Shown: positions 57,651 through 64,000 of the stretch, piece by piece | Layout of the letters: each line of letters opens with the position of its first letter | Position numbering within the stretch: position 1 is the first letter of the stretch | Source: Chitinophagaceae bacterium | Lineage (GTDB): Bacteria > Bacteroidota > Bacteroidia > Chitinophagales > Chitinophagaceae | Assembly (NCBI GenBank): GCA_031387825.1 | Contig: JANNDO010000038.1 | Location: 16,114 to 80,113, forward strand | Direction: 5' to 3' | DNA: 64,000 bases | Position numbers and translations under genes: made by a program | The notes under the pieces: model-generated | Told to the model about the DNA's origin: nothing | Seen by the model: the letters and a program-made list of their open reading frames with translations, nothing else | Database searches by the model: none

Positions 57651-60143
57651 CTACAGACGAAGGGGAGCCTTTTTATTTACAGCATCAGAATCTTTGAGCG
57701 TTTCCAAAACCATCCTTACTTCACCATAACTGATATCTTTTGGTAAATTATCAATTAATGTTTTATGGCTCAGGGAACCGTGTTTGGAAACAGCCCCTTT
57801 GACTAATTCCTGTTTTTCTTTACTTACCAATTCGTTGATATTAATTTCACCGACCCCTACAAAATATGCAAGGTGACCCTCAATGGTACTGGTTGCTAAA
57901 TTTCTTTCTTTCGCAATAGCAGCAGTATCTTTTCCCTCTTTATATAAATTTAAAGAAATTGTTTTAGTATCAAGTTTTGTTTCAGAAATTTTCGGCGCTC
58001 TCTCTTTTTTGGGCATATATAATTTTGCGCCCATGTTGCTTTCCAGATTATACCTTTCACAAAAACTTTCAACAGCCTCAAGTATTTCCTCTCCATATTT
58101 TTCGGCCTTAGCTTTTCCAAAACCGCTGATTTGCATTAAATCTTTTTTGGTCAGCGGCAGGTAAGTACAAATTTCCTGTATCGTAGCCTGATTTGCAACC
58201 ATATAAATCGGTTGACCGGTGTCAGCACAAATTGTATTTCGCCAACGCCTTAGCGTATCATATAATTCAGCATTTGACAAACCAGCTTGAACCTCCTTCG
58301 TCTCACTTGCATAACAGTTAATATTATACCGGGGCTGAACATATTTTAATTTATGCTGTAAAAATCCAGTAATAGAAAAAGGCTGTTTACAAAATTGCAT
58401 ATAGAAATTACAAATATACAGAGCCAAACCAAAGTCATTTAGTTTCTCATTAATTGGAGTAGCCGTTTCCTTATGCTCTGTTATTAATGGGTGATTTCTT
58501 AATTCTTTAATGTAACCATCTAATTTTGGAACAAAATGATTGGAAGCGTCAGAGATTCTTTTTTGCAGCAGTGCGTTATTTTCTATGACCGCCCCTCCTT
58601 TCATTAGCTCTGCAACCAGTCCGATGAATTTTAAGCCAACAGGTTTATCCGTAGCTAAGCGTTGTTTAAAATTTTCAATCCAGTCAACAGCCCCAGCATT
58701 TAATTTTTCTTTATGTTGTTTTATCTGAAAACCTAATTGCTCAACGACTACTGTTATTTCGGCAAAAGAAAATATTTCTTCCAACAGTTGTTGTGTAAAT
58801 AATTGCCTTGCCCCGGCAAACCGATCTTCTAAAGAGCCTTTATAAGAAAGCGATTGTTGACCTTTAATTACATTTTCATTACTGTATATGGCCGCCGAAG
58901 GGATCTTACTCAATAAAACTATACCCCCTAAGCTTGTACAACGGCTTAATGCTACATACACTTGCCCGCTGCTAAATGCAGCGCCGGCATCAATCATTAC
59001 TTTTTCAAAAGTCAAACCCTGGCTTTTGTGTATAGTAATGGCCCACGCAAGTCTTAGGGGATATTGTGTAAAGGTGCCTAGCGTTTCCTGTTCAATCTTT
59101 CCATCAGCACGGTTTAGTGTGTAACGGCTGTTTTCCCAGGTGTCCAACCCTACCTCAATATCGATGCCATCACTTTCCACAATTATTTTTGCTTTTTCTA
59201 GAGATTTTATCACTCCGATTTTACCATTGTAATATCGTTTTTGAATCATATCACTTTTTAAAAACATCACTTGAGCCCCCTCTTTTAGAGACAACTCAAA
59301 ATCTACCGGGTACATATTTTCCGGAAAATCATTTTCAATTTCAGCCTTGTAAGTAAACGTAGCCTTGTCAATTTTATATAGTTGCTGTTGGTTAATCAGG
59401 TCGGCCTGGTTATTGTGAGAGGTAAGTGTAATATATTTTTCATCTGGCGATGGGCTAAACCCGGGGTCAAAGCGTAAATGCAAATCTTCAAAATCATCTG
59501 ATTCCATATGGTTGTTACGAACCTTGTTAAGCAACCGTACAAAACTTTCTTCTTTCTGGCGGTAAATTTTATTTAGCTCTATTAGTAATGGCGATTGCTC
59601 TTTAATAGCCAGGCTGTCAAAGAAGAAAGGGGATGCATAATATTCACTTAATATATTCCATTCATGGTTTTGCACCACAGGAGGTAGCTGGTGCAGATCG
59701 CCAATGCATAATAATTGAACGCCGCCAAAAGGTAAATGATAATTTCTCCTGGCGTGTTTTAAAATAGTATCAATAGCGTCCATCACATCGCACCGCACCA
59801 TGCTTATTTCATCAATTACCAATAATTCCATTTTACGTAGTATCTGCAGCCGTTGTTTATTATACCTGATTTTCGCAAGCAACTCATCTTTATTATTTTT
59901 TGTAGGAAGAAAAGGATGAAAGGGTAATTGAAATAAGCTATGCAGCGTAACGCCTCCGGCATTTATTGCAGCCACACCCGTTGGAGCAGCCACTATAATA
60001 TTTTTTGTAGAATTATCTTTCAGGTATTTCAAAAAAGTAGTCTTGCCTGTACCTGCTTTTCCTGTAAGAAAAAGGTTTTCGTTTGTTTCAGTAACAAAGC
60101 GATAAGCCAGGTCAAAGAGTTCATTTCTTTCTATTGTTTGCAT
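57651..60143 (-). CDS. PIF1/RecD-like SF1B helicase with HRDC and C-terminal helix-turn-helix domains
   Basis: GKAGTGKTT, APTGVAA, IDEISM, GDLHQLPP, TIHKSQGLT and YVALSR. HRDC region (LRRWR...GFGKAK) and HTH (IAKERNL..STIEGH). Confidence 0.9.
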   Translation of the reverse strand: MQTIERNELFDLAYRFVTETNENLFLTGKAGTGKTTFLKYLKDNSTKNIIVAAPTGVAAINAGGVTLHSLFQLPFHPFLPTKNNKDELLAKIRYNKQRLQILRKMELLVIDEISMVRCDVMDAIDTILKHARRNYHLPFGGVQLLCIGDLHQLPPVVQNHEWNILSEYYASPFFFDSLAIKEQSPLLIELNKIYRQKEESFVRLLNKVRNNHMESDDFEDLHLRFDPGFSPSPDEKYITLTSHNNQADLINQQQLYKIDKATFTYKAEIENDFPENMYPVDFELSLKEGAQVMFLKSDMIQKRYYNGKIGVIKSLEKAKIIVESDGIDIEVGLDTWENSRYTLNRADGKIEQETLGTFTQYPLRLAWAITIHKSQGLTFEKVMIDAGAAFSSGQVYVALSRCTSLGGIVLLSKIPSAAIYSNENVIKGQQSLSYKGSLEDRFAGARQLFTQQLLEEIFSFAEITVVVEQLGFQIKQHKEKLNAGAVDWIENFKQRLATDKPVGLKFIGLVAELMKGGAVIENNALLQKRISDASNHFVPKLDGYIKELRNHPLITEHKETATPINEKLNDFGLALYICNFYMQFCKQPFSITGFLQHKLKYVQPRYNINCYASETKEVQAGLSNAELYDTLRRWRNTICADTGQPIYMVANQATIQEICTYLPLTKKDLMQISGFGKAKAEKYGEEILEAVESFCERYNLESNMGAKLYMPKKERAPKISETKLDTKTISLNLYKEGKDTAAIAKERNLATSTIEGHLAYFVGVGEININELVSKEKQELVKGAVSKHGSLSHKTLIDNLPKDISYGEVRMVLETLKDSDAVNKKAPLRL

Positions 60144-60163
60144 TGTAATAAAGATAAGAGGAT

Positions 60164-60204
60164 AAAAAGAAAAGGGCGCTGATTAAATTGATTAATCAAC
60201 GCCC
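60164..60204 (-). terminator. Intrinsic terminator of ssb
   Basis: 13-bp stem GGGCG(C/T)TGATTAA with one G-U pair, followed by TTTTCTTTT on the minus strand. Confidence 0.8.
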
Positions 60205-60212
60205 GGTAAAAA

Positions 60213-60560
60213 TTAAGCTGTTGGTTTTTCACCACCCATCAGCAGTAACTCATTTACCTGAACTTCGGTAATGTATTTTTTATTGCCGTCTTTATCATTA
60301 TAACTGCGGTTTATGAGCTTGCCCTCAATGGCAACTTCTTTACCCTTAGTTAAATACTTTTCAGCAATATCTGCAACCTTACCCCAGGCCACCAAATTGT
60401 GCCAGGTTGTTTCGGTTACTTTTTCACCCTTAGCGTTACGATAGCTTTCATTTGTTGCTACACTAAAGCGGGCAAGTTTTTTACCAGATTCAGTAGTTTT
60501 TACTTCTGGTGCGTTTCCTAAATGTCCAATTAACTGAACTTTGTTTTTTAATGCGTACAT
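60213..60560 (-). CDS. ssb: Short single-stranded DNA-binding protein lacking the acidic tail
   Basis: NKVQLIGHLG, FSVATNE, TTWH and GKEVAIEGKL. Ends ...GGEKPTA. Confidence 0.92.
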   Translation of the reverse strand: MYALKNKVQLIGHLGNAPEVKTTESGKKLARFSVATNESYRNAKGEKVTETTWHNLVAWGKVADIAEKYLTKGKEVAIEGKLINRSYNDKDGNKKYITEVQVNELLLMGGEKPTA

Positions 60561-60771
60561 AGTTTTAAGTTTTGTGTCTTGCCTGAGGCTAGACGGTTTT
60601 TAATTTATTTCAACCAACCGGTAAGACGTCATTTCCGATTGACAACACAAAGATGCGGCGGCAAAAAAGCGGTAGTCGGAGATTATACTTTTACTTACCT
60701 TTATAAGCGTATGTAAACGGGTATATCGGAAAAAAAGAAAACATAATATTTACCAAACTCAATCCTGTACT

Positions 60772-61146
60772 ATGTTAAAGCAAAAAGAAGAAAAAATCTG
60801 CCTGCTTTGCAATAAGGTGCTTAAAGGACGAAGCGATAAGAAATTTTGCGACGATTATTGCCGGGCGGCCTATAATAATGATCTAAAAAGCGCTTCAAAT
60901 AACTTTATCAGGAATGTAAATAACGCGTTGGGTAAAAACAGGCGAATACTTGAAAACCTTCTTCGCGATAACGAGGCAACCGCAAAAGCAAACAGAGATA
61001 AGCTTATTGAAAAAGGGTTTCAATTTAAATACCTGACAAATATCCATAAAACAAAAAACGGTCACACATACTATTACTGTTATGAATATGGCTATCTACC
61101 CCTGGAGAATAATTGGTTTTTGATTGTTAAAAGAAACGAAGAATAA
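60772..61146 (+). CDS. Hypothetical zinc-ribbon protein (DUF2116-like)
   Basis: CLLC...GRSDKKFCDDYCR motif and YYYCYEYGY. Confidence 0.8.
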   Translation: MLKQKEEKICLLCNKVLKGRSDKKFCDDYCRAAYNNDLKSASNNFIRNVNNALGKNRRILENLLRDNEATAKANRDKLIEKGFQFKYLTNIHKTKNGHTYYYCYEYGYLPLENNWFLIVKRNEE

Positions 61147-61235
61147 AATTTGATTCATGCCGCAAGCAACAATTAAATCATATTTCCTATCTGAGATTAT
61201 GCAAAAATTATAAAGTATTTTTACTGGCTTAATTA

Positions 61236-63182
61236 ATGAATTTGCGATTGTTTTTAAATAGACCTGCCCGAATTATTATTTCATTTGTGTTCATATTTTG
61301 CATTTCGCAAAAAATAAATGCACAATGCGGCACCCCTATTTCCACATTTCCTTATAACGAAGGGTTTGAAACCACCAATGGCGGCTGGACAGCAGGTGGC
61401 GCATTATCTGACTGGATATGGGGCACACCGGCAAAAACAATAATTAACAGCGCAGCCAACGGAACAAAATGCTGGATCGTAGGTGGTTTAACCGGAGGTA
61501 GTTACAATGATGCCGAAGCATCCTGGTTGCTAAGCCCGTGCTTTGATTTTACGAGTCTTCAATATCCATACTTATCATTCAATGTCTTTTGGGAAATGGA
61601 AAGAAGGTTTGATGGCGCAGGATTTCAATACTCAACTAACCTGGGTGTAACCTGGACAAATGTTGGAACCGTATCGGACCCGGTAAATTGTTTAAACGAG
61701 AATTGGTTTAATTTTTCTCCAATTACTTATTTAAATACGCTTGCCACAGTAAGAGACGGTTGGTCGGGAAATATTCAACCGACTTCAGGTAGTTGCCAGG
61801 GCGGTGGCGGAAGCACAAGGTGGGTAAGCGCCAAACATACTATGCCCAACCTGGCAGGTATGCCAAACGTGATTTTCAGATTTATTTTTGGGGCAGGCAC
61901 CCAATGTAATGCTTACGAAGGTTTTGCCGTTGATGATATCTTGATTTCAGAAGCGCCACCCAACAATGCAGCGTTTACTTATTCCTGTATCAATAATACA
62001 ACAGTAAATTTTTCAAACAATTCAGCTCTTTGTCCTGCAACAGCCTGGGATTTTGGAGATCCTTCATCGGGAACAAACAATACATCAACCCTGGCCAACC
62101 CTGCCCATGTTTTTTCTGCACCCGGAACTTATACCATTACATTAAATGCGACCGGTCCGGCAAATGCGCCATCATCAACATCACAAATAGTAAATATTCT
62201 GGGCTTAACAACATCAGTTATTTCTAACAATAATTGTTTTGGAGATAATAATGGGTCTGCTTCCGTTAATGTTATTCCTGTTTCAGCCGCACCCTTTTTT
62301 TATTCATGGAACACAACGCCAACACAAACAACAGCAACAGCAACAGCCCTTGCAGGAGGAACATATACAGTTACCGTAAGTGCGCTGAATAGCTGCACCA
62401 CTACCGCTACAGCTATAATAACAGAACCTGTAGCATTAACACATGGCGTAAATATTATTCAACCCGGGTGTGCAGTTACAACAGGCTCGGCAACCATAAC
62501 AGAGAGTGGTGGCACAGCCCCTTATACCTATTCCTGGTTTCCTTCAGGCGGTATTGGCCCTACAGCTAGCGGGCTTTCGCCGGGAAATTATATAGTAACT
62601 GTTACAGACAGTAAATTATGTAAAGAAGACATCAATATAATTATTGCAACTGCTACAGCACCTAATATTAATATTGTAAATAGCAAAGACGTAAGCTGTT
62701 TTGGACTAAGCGACGGCAATGCTACAGTACGGGTTACCGGAGGCAACCCCCCATATAACTATAGTTGGAATACAATACCTGTACAAAACACAGCAACAGC
62801 AACAAATCTTCCGGCAGGAAATTATTCAGTAACAGTTACAGACAATAATGGATGTTCTGCAGGAACATCAGTTCAGATTACTCAACCACTAAATGGTTTT
62901 TGTGGCGAAGTGTATTTTCCTAATTCATTTACGCCAAACGGAGATACAAAGAATGACGATTTTGGACCACTTGGAAATATTACTGCAATCAGCAATTATC
63001 ACTTACAGGTTTATAACCGGTATGGAGAAATAGTGTTCAGCAGCAGAGACCCGTTTGAAAAATGGAATGGTTTTTATAAATCAAAACTAAACAGCCCGGG
63101 TAGCTTTGTTTGGTTTGTTGCTTACACGTACAAGGGCCGGCTCAAACGATCAGAACAGGGAACGGTTACTATAATAAGATAA
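61236..63182 (+). CDS. Secreted protein with PKD and SprB-like repeats and a type B T9SS (gliding-motility-associated) C-terminal domain
   Basis: Signal peptide, WDFGD PKD motif, GGTAPYTYSW/PPYNYSW repeats, and FPNSFTPNGD..ND...YNRYG CTD. Confidence 0.9.
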   Translation: MNLRLFLNRPARIIISFVFIFCISQKINAQCGTPISTFPYNEGFETTNGGWTAGGALSDWIWGTPAKTIINSAANGTKCWIVGGLTGGSYNDAEASWLLSPCFDFTSLQYPYLSFNVFWEMERRFDGAGFQYSTNLGVTWTNVGTVSDPVNCLNENWFNFSPITYLNTLATVRDGWSGNIQPTSGSCQGGGGSTRWVSAKHTMPNLAGMPNVIFRFIFGAGTQCNAYEGFAVDDILISEAPPNNAAFTYSCINNTTVNFSNNSALCPATAWDFGDPSSGTNNTSTLANPAHVFSAPGTYTITLNATGPANAPSSTSQIVNILGLTTSVISNNNCFGDNNGSASVNVIPVSAAPFFYSWNTTPTQTTATATALAGGTYTVTVSALNSCTTTATAIITEPVALTHGVNIIQPGCAVTTGSATITESGGTAPYTYSWFPSGGIGPTASGLSPGNYIVTVTDSKLCKEDINIIIATATAPNINIVNSKDVSCFGLSDGNATVRVTGGNPPYNYSWNTIPVQNTATATNLPAGNYSVTVTDNNGCSAGTSVQITQPLNGFCGEVYFPNSFTPNGDTKNDDFGPLGNITAISNYHLQVYNRYGEIVFSSRDPFEKWNGFYKSKLNSPGSFVWFVAYTYKGRLKRSEQGTVTIIR

Positions 63183-63188
63183 ATTAAA

Positions 63189-64000
63189 CTATTGTATTGA
63201 AAATTCTGCTGTCTTATTTTTTGGAAAAACCACAAAACTCTTGGGTTCTTTTATCTTTTCCTTTGGAAAATCTTCAGCCTGCAATTCAATCCTCCGGGTA
63301 ATATCACTCAAAGAAGAAAGACGTTGTAATGTATAAGGAATAGTATCAAGCCCTGATGCAAATTTTAAGATATAACTGTAGATAGCAAACAGGCTTCCGG
63401 CCATAATGGTTGTGCTGTGAAGGTTCTTGGATATTATTAAAGAAACCGCAATTACAACAAGTACCATAATTTCCATGAAGCCAAAATTCCAGGCTTCTTT
63501 ATCTGAAATACGAACCTGCCACTTGCGTAAATTATTATAATGATGACGAATGGTTGTGTTATCTCCGTTCGAGATAATGTCTACCTGCTTTTCCAGCTCA
63601 TCATTTTTATGTTTATTAAGCTGTTTCATTTTTTTTCCGTAGAAAAAACTTATGATTACAACCGGGGCTAAAATTACAAGACAAATGCCAACAACAGTTT
63701 TATCATAAAAAAACAATAAAATCAACGAACCTAAAATATTGTACGCTGCTTCAATAACGTATACAAGGTCGTGTTCTAAAAAATCAACAAACTCCCTGGC
63801 TAGCGTAGAATGAGCACTTAATTTAGATACTTCAATTTTATTATACCTGCGGCTCAAAAATTTTATAACCAGTGAATTGTAAATAGCCGAATAAGTACGG
63901 GTATCATACATATGACGGATAGTTCCAACTACTAAATAAATAAGATGAACTATGGTTAAAACAATTAATCCCCTGTAACTTCCCTTTATAAGATCGTTAA
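63189..64000 (-). CDS. ABC transporter six-transmembrane-domain-only protein (5' partial)
   Basis: Frame is open to the window edge. DTRTYS...REFVDFLE and multiple TM helices. No ATPase motifs before the stop. Confidence 0.78.
   Translation of the reverse strand, partial: NDLIKGSYRGLIVLTIVHLIYLVVGTIRHMYDTRTYSAIYNSLVIKFLSRRYNKIEVSKLSAHSTLAREFVDFLEHDLVYVIEAAYNILGSLILLFFYDKTVVGICLVILAPVVIISFFYGKKMKQLNKHKNDELEKQVDIISNGDNTTIRHHYNNLRKWQVRISDKEAWNFGFMEIMVLVVIAVSLIISKNLHSTTIMAGSLFAIYSYILKFASGLDTIPYTLQRLSSLSDITRRIELQAEDFPKEKIKEPKSFVVFPKNKTAEFSIQ

Noticed and set aside
431-62227. Numerous 60-180 aa alternative-frame and antisense ORFs (for example 25046-25564, 25692-26225, 46327-46859)
   Set aside because: They overlap well-supported genes, lack recognisable motifs and look like shadow ORFs.
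1-64000. tRNA, rRNA, transposase, integrase, prophage or defence genes
   Set aside because: None recognised by eye. The intergenic spaces are short and show no T-loop or rRNA signatures. A tRNAscan/Infernal run would be needed to exclude small RNAs formally.

Overview
64 kb of a Bacteroidota chromosome. Gene content, TAnnTTTG promoters, lipoprotein signals and T9SS C-terminal domains point to Bacteroidota; a Chitinophagaceae-like origin is an inference. The window is mostly housekeeping and envelope genes (cysS, rlmD, metF, lptB, fabG, adk, msrB, thiL, corA, nadA, nadD, ybeY, mnmG, ssb), plus a SulP/carbonic-anhydrase cluster, a paaZ mini-cluster and several large secreted proteins. I found no tRNA, rRNA, CRISPR array, transposase or integrase. 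The main non-coding discovery is a probable chromosomal replication origin in the 578-bp ppiD-nadA gap, with DnaA boxes and a tandem-box / GC clamp / DnaA-trio / AT-rich module. It is not linked to dnaA within this window, and a parS site lies 4 kb away before mnmG. Hand tallies suggest the strand-composition switch here has the opposite polarity to the textbook origin pattern. Other points of interest: a palindromic repeat recruited into the C-termini of two convergent genes, a candidate regulatory leader peptide ahead of the bicarbonate cluster, a 43-aa lipoprotein missed by the ORF track, and many promoters placed 4-5 nt from start codons. Product calls come from motif recognition, not database searches.
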